From: Alphaproteobacteria bacterium
Lineage (GTDB): Bacteria > Pseudomonadota > Alphaproteobacteria > Rhizobiales > TMED25
Length of the DNA: 64,000 nt
Direction: 5' to 3'
NCBI GenBank assembly: GCA_045565315.1
Contig: JBJLFO010000001.1
Location: 977,061-1,041,060 of the forward strand
Part shown: positions 32,788 through 43,425 of the stretch, piece by piece
How positions within the stretch are numbered: the first letter of the stretch is position 1
Layout: every line of letters starts with the position of its first letter
Translations under genes and position numbers: made by a program
The notes under the pieces: model-generated
The model's input: the letters and a program-made list of their open reading frames with translations, nothing else
Told to the model about the DNA's origin: nothing
Database searches by the model: none

Positions 32788-33369
32788 ATGAAAAAGATAT
32801 TATCCTTACTCTTAGTTTTTTTTCTGACTTCATGTGAAACCGTTTCTGATTTCAGTATGCCAAATCTTGGTATGCCAGATCTTAATCAATATAAAATGAA
32901 CCCTTTTAGTAAAGACAAATCGGTGCAAGAAAAATGTTCCATTCCTATGATATTAGCTGATGCTATAAGTATAACAAATTTTCAGGAGTTTGGATCAAGT
33001 ATTGACTCAAATATTATTTATCGTGGCAGAGTCGATAGAGTAGATTATAATTGTAATATTGAGACTGACCATTCAGCTGGTGATTTATATATCACGGGTA
33101 CAATCTCATTGGGACAGCAAGCATCAAGTAATTTTTATTCTCTTCCAGCATTTGTTGCAATTATTAAGAATAATAAAGAAGTTATTTCCCGAAAATATAT
33201 TAACATTGACGTTAATATTCCAAATAATGCAACTATAGCTAGATTTGAATATGTTGAAAGTAATTATAGGATAAATTTCGAAGAGTCTAGAAATCCAAGT
33301 GATTATCAGATACTTGTTGGTTTTAAACTATCTGCAGACCAAGCTGATTTTAATAAAAATAGAAACTAA
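32788..33369 (+). CDS. Conserved hypothetical lipoprotein
   Basis: Lipobox FLTSC, two further Cys, C-terminal YQILVGF. Confidence 0.7.
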   Translation: MKKILSLLLVFFLTSCETVSDFSMPNLGMPDLNQYKMNPFSKDKSVQEKCSIPMILADAISITNFQEFGSSIDSNIIYRGRVDRVDYNCNIETDHSAGDLYITGTISLGQQASSNFYSLPAFVAIIKNNKEVISRKYINIDVNIPNNATIARFEYVESNYRINFEESRNPSDYQILVGFKLSADQADFNKNRN

Positions 33370-33376
33370 TTGTAAT

Positions 33377-33859
33377 TTATTTTTTTCCAATTTGCTCTAT
33401 GCCTTGATCTATTATTTCTTGGCTGACCTTTGGTTTAATATTATTCCCTTTTACAGAATTTTTTACAGTTTCTAGTACAATATCTGTTATATTATCTTTT
33501 ATTTGATTTATTACGTCATTCTCTAAGCGATTCAGCTTTTCATCGAGTAATTTCTTTTTTCTAACGACATTCTGATCAAATTTATCTTTAGCATCTTTTT
33601 CATAATTTTTTGCTAATTTTTTTGCATTATCAATAATAGTTTTAGCTGTTTGTTCTGCCTCTGTATTTTTCTTTTGAAATTCTGATAGAATTGTCTGCGC
33701 TGCTTCTCTAAGTCTTTTGGCTTCATCCAGTTCTTCCTTTATTTTTTTAGAGCGATCATCTAATATTTTAATGATTTGATTTGGTATTTTGAAATAAATT
33801 AATAGAAGGATAAAGAGAATAAATCCTATAGCTACCCATGTTGCATCTTTTTCTAACAT
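33377..33859 (-). CDS. atpF: ATP synthase F0 subunit b
   Basis: DATWVAIGF N-terminal TM, then LDDRS..I..ELDEA coiled coil; operon context. Confidence 0.92.
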   Translation of the reverse strand: MLEKDATWVAIGFILFILLLIYFKIPNQIIKILDDRSKKIKEELDEAKRLREAAQTILSEFQKKNTEAEQTAKTIIDNAKKLAKNYEKDAKDKFDQNVVRKKKLLDEKLNRLENDVINQIKDNITDIVLETVKNSVKGNNIKPKVSQEIIDQGIEQIGKK

Positions 33860-33865
33860 ATTATT

Positions 33866-34375
33866 TTACTCTCTAATTTTTATAATTCGTTTAATATTAT
33901 CTTTTACATTATCTTCAATAAGTGCATCTTTCCCTAATATCTTGCTAATTATATCATGAGAAATTTCATAGGCTAAACTTTCCTTATCTTTTAGTATGGA
34001 AGATTTCTTTGCATCCAGTTCTGATTCAAATTTAGATATTACTATTCCATTTTCTTTCTCAAAGTTTTCATTCGCTTCATCTAGACTCTGATGTAATTTC
34101 TTTTTTGAATTTACAATTGAAGCAGAAGCTTTTTCTCGAGCTGCTTTTATTGAGTCTAGGTAATTTTGCTCTATGATTACAGAATCTTTCTTATAGTCCT
34201 CGGCATCTTCAAAATCTCTGGCAATTATATCTCTCCTAGACTCTATAACATCGGCAATTTTGGGTAAGGCAAATTTTGCCATTACTATGTAGAGTATTGC
34301 AAATGATATAATTAACCAAAATATTTGAGATGCAAAAAACTCAGGATTTAGTTGTGGCATGCTTGATTCAGACAT
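33866..34375 (-). CDS. atpG: ATP synthase F0 subunit b'
   Basis: MPQLNPEFFASQIFWL...LPKI; alphaproteobacterial b' (also named atpF2/atpX). Confidence 0.9.
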   Translation of the reverse strand: MSESSMPQLNPEFFASQIFWLIISFAILYIVMAKFALPKIADVIESRRDIIARDFEDAEDYKKDSVIIEQNYLDSIKAAREKASASIVNSKKKLHQSLDEANENFEKENGIVISKFESELDAKKSSILKDKESLAYEISHDIISKILGKDALIEDNVKDNIKRIIKIRE

Positions 34376-34427
34376 TACTATATTCCAGTACTTAAATAGT
34401 TTAAGGGTTTAATAGTTTGAGAGCTAT

Positions 34428-34655
34428 TTAAACAACGAATAATAATATCAACGCGATAACTAAGCCAAAAAGACCTGTTGCTTCTGCAAGAGCAAAACCT
34501 AATAATAGATTTGGGAATTGCCCTGGTGCCGCAGACGGATTTCGTAGAGCCCCTGATAAATAATTACCAAATATTGTTCCAATACCAATACCTGCACCTG
34601 CTAGTGCTATCGTGGCTAGACCTGCTCCAATTAATTTTGCTGCTTCTGGTTCCAT
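34428..34655 (-). CDS. atpE: ATP synthase F0 subunit c
   Basis: GAGIGIG, RNP loop and GFALAEA with the proton-binding Glu. Confidence 0.98.
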   Translation of the reverse strand: MEPEAAKLIGAGLATIALAGAGIGIGTIFGNYLSGALRNPSAAPGQFPNLLLGFALAEATGLFGLVIALILLFVV

Positions 34656-34682
34656 TTTGTTCTCCTTTTTTAAATTAAGTAA

Positions 34683-35450
34683 TTAATGCATATGGATTGC
34701 ATCATTGAGGTAAATACAGGTAAGTATTGCAAATACATATGCCTGTAAAAATGCTACAAGTATTTCTAAGCCAGTAAAGGCAACTATAAATGCTAGAGGC
34801 GCAATTCCGAGTGGCGATATAAAAATATTACCCGAGAAAAACATTCCCGCAACAAAAAACCCAAATACTTTTAACATGGTATGACCTGCCATCATATTTG
34901 CAAATAATCTTACAGATAGACTAACAGGTCTTGTGAGGTATGATATAACTTCAATAATAACTAGCAGTGGTAATAGTGCTTTTGGAACACCCTTTGGGAC
35001 AAAAAAATTAAAATATTTTATTCCGTGTACTATAAAACCAATAATGGTTACACCAAAAAATATTACAATGGCTAAAGCAAATGTTACTATAATATGACTT
35101 GTCACTGTAAATGTATATGGGATCATTCCTAGCATATTACAAAACAGAACAAACATGAATAGAGAAAAAATAAAAGGGAAATATCTCTGGCCCTCATCCC
35201 CAATATTATCTCTTACCATCTTTGCAACAAACTCATATGAGAGTTCGGCTATAGACTGAAGTCTTGTCGGTACAGTAGCTCGTCCATTAAATGCAAATAA
35301 GGTTAGAAAAATAATAAGCGCCACACTAGCAACCATGAATAAAGATGAATTTGTGAAGGAGAGATTTAGACCAAATAACTCTATATCAACAAGCTCAACA
35401 ATATCAAATTGATGCATTGGATCTGGGGCGCCAGACTTTTCTACTGCCAT
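34683..35450 (-). CDS. atpB: ATP synthase F0 subunit a
   Basis: RPVSLSVRLFANMMAGH and LQAYVF. Confidence 0.98.
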   Translation of the reverse strand: MAVEKSGAPDPMHQFDIVELVDIELFGLNLSFTNSSLFMVASVALIIFLTLFAFNGRATVPTRLQSIAELSYEFVAKMVRDNIGDEGQRYFPFIFSLFMFVLFCNMLGMIPYTFTVTSHIIVTFALAIVIFFGVTIIGFIVHGIKYFNFFVPKGVPKALLPLLVIIEVISYLTRPVSLSVRLFANMMAGHTMLKVFGFFVAGMFFSGNIFISPLGIAPLAFIVAFTGLEILVAFLQAYVFAILTCIYLNDAIHMH

Positions 35451-35551
35451 TAAATAATCCTCATATATTATCTCTACCTTATATATAAATTTTTATCATT
35501 TTGGTAGTAATTTTATTAGTTTTAATTAAAAATATCTCAGATATTTGTGAA

Positions 35552-35860
35552 TCATTTACTTTTTGGAATATTTTCATACAATTGTCTAGATGTATTAATC
35601 GCAGTTTTTATTCCTGAGATAATACCAAGTATTAATAAAATAATAAAAAATATGGGCTTTGTATCTAACCATTTATCTATATACCATCCCAAAACAGCAC
35701 CTACTACGCAGGAGACAACCAATTCAGTAGACAGCCTCATAGCTATTGATATTTGCTTACCTCTCTTCTCTTTATACTTTGCGTTTATATCATTGCGACT
35801 TGATTTATAGCTATCAATTTTTCCTGAAATTTCTTCTAATTTTTTTTTCTGTTTATCCAT
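35552..35860 (-). CDS. atpI: AtpZ/AtpI family protein
   Basis: ELV...VGAVLGWYIDKWLDTKP; first gene of the F0 operon. Confidence 0.88.
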   Translation of the reverse strand: MDKQKKKLEEISGKIDSYKSSRNDINAKYKEKRGKQISIAMRLSTELVVSCVVGAVLGWYIDKWLDTKPIFFIILLILGIISGIKTAINTSRQLYENIPKSK

Positions 35861-35868
35861 ATTGCTAT

Positions 35869-38800
35869 CTATACTTGAGTCATACTTTCAGCTTCATTTA
35901 AATCAACTGATAAAATTACACTTTCACCTTTCTTAGCCATTGTAACACCATATAATCTATCCATCTGTGACATTGTGTATGGATGATGGGTAACAATTAG
36001 AAATTTTGTTTGTGAATTTAATGATAATTCCTTTAGAAGATCACAGAATTTCTTTATATTATTATCATCAAATGGAGCGTCTACTTCATCTAAAATACAG
36101 ACAGGGGATGGATTTTCAAGGAATACAGCGATTATTAATGCTATGACTGTCAAAGCCTGCTCACCTCCAGATAGGAGTGATATGGTTTGAGGTTTCTTAC
36201 CTGGTGGCCAAGCTATTATTTCTAAACCTGATTCTAATATATCTTCTTCATCATTTATTTTTAATTCAGCGTTCCCACCATTGAATAATTTTTCAAATAA
36301 TAATTTGAAATTATTATTCACTTTTTCAAATGACTCTCTGAGTCTGGTTCTTGCTTCTTTATCAATTTCTATTATACCTTTTTGTAGAGTATCAGTTGCG
36401 GATATGAGATCATCTTTTTCTGCACTTAAATTGTCGAATCTTACTTTTATTTCATTATATTCGTCCTCCGCCGCTAAATTTACAGAACCAATTTGTTCAC
36501 GTTGCCTAATAGCTTGTGACAATTTTTCTATAATTATGGATTTATCCAGTAAATCGGATTTGAAATCATCAAGAATATTAAGTGGATTTATTCCGATTTT
36601 TATTTTTATTTTATCTTTTAGATCTAATTTTTTTTCGTCCAGATTTTCTTTTTGTGCTTTTAGTTGAATCAAAGCCTCATTATCTTTTATCAATGTATTT
36701 TCACATAACTTCAGATGTGTATTAACTTTATATAATTTATTTTCATACCGGCTCAAATTCTCATTTATTGTGTTCTTTAAATCTCTGAATTTAGTTATTT
36801 CATTTTGTAATTCTAATTGCTTTTTATTAATTTCGTTGGGTAATTTTTCCAATTCACCACTAGTTAATTGACATTGTTCTAGTCTATTATTGAGTTCGGA
36901 TATGTGATTGATTGATATCGAATTCCTATTTTTCCAAGATACTTCTTCTTTCATCGTATCATTTAAATTTTTATCTAATTCTCTTTTCTCACGCAGCAGA
37001 TTCTGTGAACTTGTCTCTTTTATATCAGCAATAGTCTTTGCGTTATAAAAATCTAGTTTAATTTTCTCCAAACTATTTTCCAGCTTATTTATATTACCTA
37101 TACTAGAGAATCTAGATTTGTACTCCTTTATATTTTTTCTATAAATTTTTATATTCTGATCTAAGCTTTCAATTCGTGAGGCCGATGATATAATTGATTC
37201 ATTTTGCAAGAGGATTTGTTTTTCAATATTATAGCTATTTTCAGCTATGATATTTTTTTCTTCGACAAGTTCCTGCCATTTCTTTCTGAGTTTTATTTCC
37301 CTTATTCTCTCTTGTTTTAGACTTTTTACTTTGTCTTCATAATCGAATTGAATGGAGTTAATTTCAATCTCTTTTTCTTTAATTGATTTTATTTTTTCTG
37401 ATAATTCTTTTTTAGCTAATAAGATATTCTTCTTTTTATCTTCTGGTTTTAGCTTTGTTATTAAACCATCCCACCTAATTATAATGCCGGCAGAAGTTAA
37501 TACCACTTGACCAGGCTTTAATAGAGATATTATTTCATCTATATTCTCGTTATTTGTAAATCCAGTATAATTGAGATAATTATTTAATTCATTTGGACCT
37601 TCAACTATTTCATTTAAGGGGTATATTCCACTAGAAAATTTTTCTTGGAATTTATTATCTTGAGATATCCAATATTGGCTATCATTATTATTAAAAGTTG
37701 AATTTTCGAGGTCAGATAAAATATATGCAATTTTTTCTTCGTAACCTTTATTTATTTGTATTTTATCAATCAGTGTATTCTGCTTACTGGCAGTATTTAT
37801 AAATTCTTCTGTCTGATCTTTTGAATTTATCAGCTGTTTAATTTTTATCTCGATATCTATTTTTTTACTTTGAATTTGATTTTCCGCCTTGGATAGTATT
37901 TCAATAATACTTTGGCATTTCTCAACATCATCTAAAATTTTTTTGATTTCATTATCCAAGTTTTTGTGTCTAGTGGTCAGAATATACTTTTCTTTATTCA
38001 AGGTATTGCTTGTTTCACTATTTTTTAGGCCCTGGGAAATTCTAATTTTCTCATCCTCACAGATTTTAAGCTCTGCATTATTTTTATGGATCAGAGTTTC
38101 TAGATTTTCTCTTTCAGTTTTTTTTTGTACTATTTCGGACAAACAATTATTATAATCACTTTCTAGCTTTTTATAATTTTTTGTAGCCTGGGTAGATGCC
38201 TCAATTACATTTTTCTCAACTTTTAGGATCTCATCAATACTATTTGATATTTCATTTTTCTTTGCCACTAAATAATTAAGCTGTTCATCCTGATCTAAGG
38301 TATTTTTAGTCTCTCGTTCCAGGTCATATTTAATTTGATCAATTTGGGCTTTATTATTCTTAATTCTCTCAACTGTATATTGAAGCTCATTTTTTAGGTT
38401 AAGTTCATCTCCATTTTTTTGTTGAAGTTCTTCTTGAGTATTTTGAAGATCAACTTTTATTGGTACGATTTTTCCTATTATATCTTCGGCTTCTTCTGAT
38501 GACTTATTTATTTCAGCTTTGCTATTATTGATTTTAACTTCAATATTTGATATGCCATTTGTATACGTTGTTTCTTTTGTTTGCACATCATACCAGTCTA
38601 ATTGCAGAATCTCACGTTCATACTGGCGGATCTTTGCTACAATTGATTTAAATCTCTCTGCTTGATTTGATTGCTTTCTTAGGCTTGTTAGTTGTGATCC
38701 AATTTCATTCAATATATCTGATATTCTATCTATATTTGTTTTCGTAGCATTAAGCCTGAGTTGAGCTTCATGTTTTCGATGATGAAGACCACTAATTCCA

Positions 38801-39303
38801 GCGGCTTCTTCTAATATTTTTCTTCTTTCATTTGGCTTTGATTCAATTATTTGATTTATTTGGCCCTGCTTAACAATTGAAACTGAATGGGGGCCTAAAG
38901 AATGATCTGCGAAAAAGAGCTGAACATCTTTAGCCCTCTTCTCAATTGAATTTATGTAATACTTAGATCCAGAATTTCTCTCTATTCTTCTTTTTATCTC
39001 GTATTCACCTATTTCGTTATTTGAGCTTACGGATACATTTTGTTTGCTATTTAAAATAACAGATACTTCAGCAAAATTTCTTGAAGCCGATGTATCAGTT
39101 CCTGAAAAGATAACATCATCCATTTCAGATCCTCTAAGATTTTTATAAGATGTCTCTCCCATAACCCATTGTAAGCTATCCAGCACATTTGATTTACCAC
39201 AGCCATTTGGACCAACAATCCCTGTTAGTCCATGCAATATGTCGAACTCTGTAAGTTTGTCAAAAGATTTAAATCCATGAAGTTTTATTTTTTTTAATTC
39301 CAT
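35869..39303 (-). CDS. smc: Chromosome partition protein Smc
   Basis: Walker A GPNGCGKSN, EEAAG, long coiled coils, LSGGE and Walker B LDEVDAP. Confidence 0.96.
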   Translation of the reverse strand: MELKKIKLHGFKSFDKLTEFDILHGLTGIVGPNGCGKSNVLDSLQWVMGETSYKNLRGSEMDDVIFSGTDTSASRNFAEVSVILNSKQNVSVSSNNEIGEYEIKRRIERNSGSKYYINSIEKRAKDVQLFFADHSLGPHSVSIVKQGQINQIIESKPNERRKILEEAAGISGLHHRKHEAQLRLNATKTNIDRISDILNEIGSQLTSLRKQSNQAERFKSIVAKIRQYEREILQLDWYDVQTKETTYTNGISNIEVKINNSKAEINKSSEEAEDIIGKIVPIKVDLQNTQEELQQKNGDELNLKNELQYTVERIKNNKAQIDQIKYDLERETKNTLDQDEQLNYLVAKKNEISNSIDEILKVEKNVIEASTQATKNYKKLESDYNNCLSEIVQKKTERENLETLIHKNNAELKICEDEKIRISQGLKNSETSNTLNKEKYILTTRHKNLDNEIKKILDDVEKCQSIIEILSKAENQIQSKKIDIEIKIKQLINSKDQTEEFINTASKQNTLIDKIQINKGYEEKIAYILSDLENSTFNNNDSQYWISQDNKFQEKFSSGIYPLNEIVEGPNELNNYLNYTGFTNNENIDEIISLLKPGQVVLTSAGIIIRWDGLITKLKPEDKKKNILLAKKELSEKIKSIKEKEIEINSIQFDYEDKVKSLKQERIREIKLRKKWQELVEEKNIIAENSYNIEKQILLQNESIISSASRIESLDQNIKIYRKNIKEYKSRFSSIGNINKLENSLEKIKLDFYNAKTIADIKETSSQNLLREKRELDKNLNDTMKEEVSWKNRNSISINHISELNNRLEQCQLTSGELEKLPNEINKKQLELQNEITKFRDLKNTINENLSRYENKLYKVNTHLKLCENTLIKDNEALIQLKAQKENLDEKKLDLKDKIKIKIGINPLNILDDFKSDLLDKSIIIEKLSQAIRQREQIGSVNLAAEDEYNEIKVRFDNLSAEKDDLISATDTLQKGIIEIDKEARTRLRESFEKVNNNFKLLFEKLFNGGNAELKINDEEDILESGLEIIAWPPGKKPQTISLLSGGEQALTVIALIIAVFLENPSPVCILDEVDAPFDDNNIKKFCDLLKELSLNSQTKFLIVTHHPYTMSQMDRLYGVTMAKKGESVILSVDLNEAESMTQV

Positions 39304-39312
39304 ATTATAATC

Positions 39313-39999
39313 TTAAATTCCTCTATAACTTTCCAAAACTTTATCAATTTCTTTTTTAAAAGTAGAATATGGTTTATTTCCAGTAATCACTTTTCCATTT
39401 ATAACAAATGACGGTGTAGAATTAATATTATAATCAGTAATTGCTTGATCCTTTATCGATATTAGTTCATCTAGCAAGGTTTGATTATTTAGACATTTAT
39501 CAAATTCTTCATTACTTAAACCTGCTTGTTTTGATAGATTTTTTAATTCTGATAGAGCATTTTCTGAAATCCATTGGTCTCTTGTTTTAAAAAGCACCCC
39601 AATAAATGGAAGTGATACATTTTTATCAACACATCTAGCTAGCATTGAGGTTGCCATAGCTAATTTATCTATTGGAAATTCTCGAAATATGTATCGTACT
39701 TCTCCAGTTTCTATATAGTCTTTTTTAATTTTTTGAAAAGTTGTATTGTGAAATTCAGCACAATGCGAGCAGGTCATCGAGGCATATTCAATAATAGTAA
39801 CTGGTGCATTAGTATCACCTAAAGATATTTCTTCTAATGCTACATTGTTTATGAAAGTTCCATCTGAATATTCTAAAATATTACTATTAATAACTAGTTC
39901 ATCTATTGATTTAGCATCTTGTTTATCGCTTGTGGTGTAATAAAAAAATCCAACAAATATTATTGCAGTTAAAATATATATAACTTTTTTATTTTGCAT
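39313..39999 (-). CDS. DsbA family thiol-disulfide oxidoreductase
   Basis: EYASMTCSHC, REFP and STPSFVING. Confidence 0.92.
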   Translation of the reverse strand: MQNKKVIYILTAIIFVGFFYYTTSDKQDAKSIDELVINSNILEYSDGTFINNVALEEISLGDTNAPVTIIEYASMTCSHCAEFHNTTFQKIKKDYIETGEVRYIFREFPIDKLAMATSMLARCVDKNVSLPFIGVLFKTRDQWISENALSELKNLSKQAGLSNEEFDKCLNNQTLLDELISIKDQAITDYNINSTPSFVINGKVITGNKPYSTFKKEIDKVLESYRGI

Positions 40000-40516
40000 T
40001 TGATTTTCCCTCCTCTATTTGCTTGCCTAATTTTAATAGAGCAAACTTTAAATGATTATTTTTGATTCCAATATTTTTATCTTGATTTATTTTTTGTTTT
40101 ACGTCCCTTTTTTTCTCAATATTATCACAGTTTTTATGCTGTCTTATTGTTTTATAGTTTTGTTTGAGCAATAGTTCTGAAATAAAATTTACACCATAAA
40201 TCTGGTTAATATTTTTTATTATCAAATTCTGATTATATTTTATTTCTAAAGCATTTGAACCGGAAACTTCAATATGTAGTTTTCTTATCAACTTTTTTCC
40301 CCCATTAACTAACTTATATTCAGTAGAAATACGTAAAGGCCTGGTGATTTTTGCATAATCCTCTCCGACAATAGAGCCCCAAAATATAGATAACTCACTT
40401 AAATCTTTTCCAAATTTATCCTGAAATGGTTTTATTATTGGTTCTATAATATTGCTAATGTGTAATTTGGAATGTTTTTTTAGGAGTATATTGTAAATAT
40501 TATCTTGTTTAGACAT
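39989..40516 (-). CDS. dciA: DciA (DUF721) family protein
   Basis: W..IVG..YAKITRP; sits in the conserved mutY / DUF721-dsbA-smc arrangement. Confidence 0.75.
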   Translation of the reverse strand: MSKQDNIYNILLKKHSKLHISNIIEPIIKPFQDKFGKDLSELSIFWGSIVGEDYAKITRPLRISTEYKLVNGGKKLIRKLHIEVSGSNALEIKYNQNLIIKNINQIYGVNFISELLLKQNYKTIRQHKNCDNIEKKRDVKQKINQDKNIGIKNNHLKFALLKLGKQIEEGKSNAK

Positions 40517-40566
40517 TACGATTCCACTTCTTATGTATATTTTATATATTATTATTAAATATTAAG

Positions 40567-41628
40567 ATGTACAATTCAAACGATATCACATACCCATTAA
40601 TTTCCTGGTATAAACTTTATAAGAGGGATCTTCCATGGCGAAGAGATTTTAACCATGCTAATACCCCATATAATATTTTAGTTAGTGAATTTATGCTTCA
40701 ACAGACAACTGTTAATTCAGTTATCGATCACTACAATAGATTTATTGATAGATGGCCAGATTTAAAAATTTTTTCAGATGCAACAGAAGATGAGGTGTTA
40801 GAAATGTGGTCTGGTCTTGGATACTATTCTAGAGGAACAAATTTGCTAAAAACATGCAAAATTATAAATGAACAATATCAAGGGAAAGTTCCAAATAGTA
40901 TGGATATTTTAAAAACTCTACCTGGCATTGGTGATTATATATCTTCAGCTATTGTTTCCATTGCATATGATATGCCCTCACAAGCGGTTGATACAAATAT
41001 TCAAAGAGTTATAACACGATATTTTTCATTAAAGTATGACGATCCAACTAAAAATAAAAAGAATGTTCAAGATATAATTTTTGAACTCACTTCCCACGAT
41101 AGTCCGAGGGAAGTCATTCAAGGGTTAATGGATCTTGGATCAAAATTTTGTAAGCCAAGGGAGGTTCATTGCAAAGAATGCCCATTAAACGATGGATGCG
41201 TTGCTTTTTCAAATAAGTTTTTTGATTATTCGAAAGTGAAAAAACAAAAGAAAATTCCGATTAAATATGGATATGTTTTTTTAATTAAAAAGTCGAACGG
41301 AAGCTATATGATTACTAAGAGAAGTTCGAAGGGTGTCCTTGCAAATACATATCAATTTCCAACGAGTGAGTGGCAAGAGGAAATCCAAATTCAAGGCTTA
41401 ATAAAATCATCTCGTAAAAATTATGGGGCATATCATGAGATCGCATCTATAAATCACCAGTTTTCTCATTTTAAACTCGAATTAAAAATAATTAATGTAA
41501 CTAAATATAATTCAGAGTTTCTAGATAGCTCCATTACTTTCGGTGGAAAGTGGGTATTCCCAGATGAATTAAATAAAATGGGTTTTTCAAGCCTAATGAA
41601 AAAAGTATTTCCTTATCTAGGATACTAA
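40567..41628 (+). CDS. mutY: A/G-specific adenine glycosylase
   Basis: RDLPWR, SEFMLQQT, GLGYYSR, LPGIG, VDTN, Fe-S motif CX6CX2CX5C and HQFSHF. Confidence 0.96.
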   Translation: MYNSNDITYPLISWYKLYKRDLPWRRDFNHANTPYNILVSEFMLQQTTVNSVIDHYNRFIDRWPDLKIFSDATEDEVLEMWSGLGYYSRGTNLLKTCKIINEQYQGKVPNSMDILKTLPGIGDYISSAIVSIAYDMPSQAVDTNIQRVITRYFSLKYDDPTKNKKNVQDIIFELTSHDSPREVIQGLMDLGSKFCKPREVHCKECPLNDGCVAFSNKFFDYSKVKKQKKIPIKYGYVFLIKKSNGSYMITKRSSKGVLANTYQFPTSEWQEEIQIQGLIKSSRKNYGAYHEIASINHQFSHFKLELKIINVTKYNSEFLDSSITFGGKWVFPDELNKMGFSSLMKKVFPYLGY

Positions 41629-42734
41629 CTTAAAGAATTTAGACCAGATCTAATTTCCTCACGAAGGGTGTCAATTGGTAATAAATTATTATCTTTTATA
41701 ATGTGCCAATATGTCCAGCCATTGCAACTCTCTGTTCCTTGATGATGGGCTCCAATTTTATGAATTGATCCAACAATATCACAAGATTGGATTGATCCAT
41801 CAGCTTTTACAATTGCTATATTTTTTTGTTTTGAGCAGTAGAGTTTTTCTCCAATTTGAATTAGTCCCCTCTCAACTAATATACCAAAAGGAACCCTAAT
41901 TTGGTCACGTTTTGTTGATTTTATGTCAATGGCAATTGAGTTTGGCGAGTTAATATTATCTATTCGTTTTTTTGCCGCAGATATATATTTTTTTTCGCTC
42001 TCAATTCCTATCCATCTTCTGCCTAACCTCTTCGCCACCACAGCCGATGTTCCACTTCCTAAAAATGGATCAAGTATTATTGCCTGTGGATCTGTCGAGG
42101 ATAATATAATTCTATGTAGAAGTGCCTCTGGCTTTTGAGTGGGATGTAATTTAACTCCATTTTCATCTTTTAATCTCTCTTTACCATTACATATTGGAAT
42201 ATTCCAATCAGATCTCATTTGCATTTCACCATTTAGGGATTTCATAGCGTCGTAGTTAAATCTATATCGGGATGTTTTGGTTTTTGTAGCCCAAATGAGT
42301 GTTTCATGAGCATTTGTAAAACGTCTACCTCTAAAATTTGGCATCGGATTGGTTTTTGCCCAAATAATATCATTTAGAATCCAGAAATCCAAATTTTGTA
42401 TAATATTTCCCATACGATAAATATTATGGTAGCTTCCCACAACCCACAAACAACCATTAGGTTTTAGTAATCTTTTGCACTCCTTGAGCCATTTATTAGT
42501 AAAATCATCGTAACATTGAAAGTTTTTGAATTTATCCCAATCATCGGTAACAGCATCAACTGCAGTATAATCAGGACGATATAGTGTCTCATTCAGTTGA
42601 AGATTATATGGTGGATCAGCAAATATAAGATCAATAGAATTATCAGGAAGGGTTTTCATTTCCTGAATACAGTCGCCATTTATTACCTTATTAACTTGTG
42701 CCAGTGATAATTCATTAATATTTTTTTTCAGCAT
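41625..42734 (-). CDS. ccrM: Cell-cycle-regulated DNA adenine methyltransferase (GANTC)
   Basis: DPPYNLQL, NPMPNFRGRRFTNAHE, HPTQKP, DPFLGSGT and the C-terminal CNGWTYW domain. Confidence 0.95.
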   Translation of the reverse strand: MLKKNINELSLAQVNKVINGDCIQEMKTLPDNSIDLIFADPPYNLQLNETLYRPDYTAVDAVTDDWDKFKNFQCYDDFTNKWLKECKRLLKPNGCLWVVGSYHNIYRMGNIIQNLDFWILNDIIWAKTNPMPNFRGRRFTNAHETLIWATKTKTSRYRFNYDAMKSLNGEMQMRSDWNIPICNGKERLKDENGVKLHPTQKPEALLHRIILSSTDPQAIILDPFLGSGTSAVVAKRLGRRWIGIESEKKYISAAKKRIDNINSPNSIAIDIKSTKRDQIRVPFGILVERGLIQIGEKLYCSKQKNIAIVKADGSIQSCDIVGSIHKIGAHHQGTESCNGWTYWHIIKDNNLLPIDTLREEIRSGLNSLS

Positions 42735-42792
42735 CAGATCAAAGCCATATATTTCAAACTAAATTTAATTTGATACTAAAAAGGTTATTATT

Positions 42793-43425
42793 TTATAAAT
42801 TATTTTTATTTATAATCTTATTTATGGGTTTGAAGCTTTTCCTATGTAACGAGCAAATTCCGAAATTATTGACAATGTTTAAATGATCTTTGGTTGGGTA
42901 CCCATTATTTTTAGCAAACTTATATTTTGTGAAAATATGAGAAAATTTATTCATTAAATTATCTCTTGTAACTTTTGCAATAATTGATGCGGCTGCAATT
43001 GATAAGGATTTCGTATCCCCACTAATTATCGGAATATTTTGTGTGTTATTGTTGATTGTAAAGTTTCCATCAATTAAAAGGAGGTCAGGTTTATCATCTA
43101 ATCTTTCAACAGATAAGTTCATCGCATATTTTGTGGCATTTAGAATATTTATAGAGTCAATTTTTTCTACATCACCAATACCTATCCCAACAATTGCAGT
43201 GAGCATAATTTGATGAAAAATTATTTCGCGAGATGCAGGAGAAAGTTTTTTTGAGTCATTTATACCTTTGGGTATATTATTTTGATCTAATATAACAGAA
43301 GCTGCAACAACTGGACCTGCGATAGGTCCTCGGCCAGCCTCATCAATACCAGCGATTCTTCTATATCCTTTTCTAAAAAATTTTTCTTCAAATATTAGCG
43401 ATGGCTTGTCATAAGAATTTTTCAA
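42793..43425 (-). CDS. rnhB: Ribonuclease HII
   Basis: DEAGRGP, DSKKL, IDGN and SIAAASIIAKVTRD. Confidence 0.97.
   Translation of the reverse strand: MKNSYDKPSLIFEEKFFRKGYRRIAGIDEAGRGPIAGPVVAASVILDQNNIPKGINDSKKLSPASREIIFHQIMLTAIVGIGIGDVEKIDSINILNATKYAMNLSVERLDDKPDLLLIDGNFTINNNTQNIPIISGDTKSLSIAAASIIAKVTRDNLMNKFSHIFTKYKFAKNNGYPTKDHLNIVNNFGICSLHRKSFKPINKIINKNNL

Noticed and set aside
37400-37760. Smc hinge lacking the canonical glycine-rich motif
   Set aside because: A divergent hinge (LKPGQ...RWDG) is normal for alphaproteobacterial Smc.
41625-42734. Methyltransferase as part of a restriction-modification or defence system
   Set aside because: Sequence and the rnhB-ccrM/mutY context identify the orphan housekeeping CcrM; no endonuclease is adjacent.
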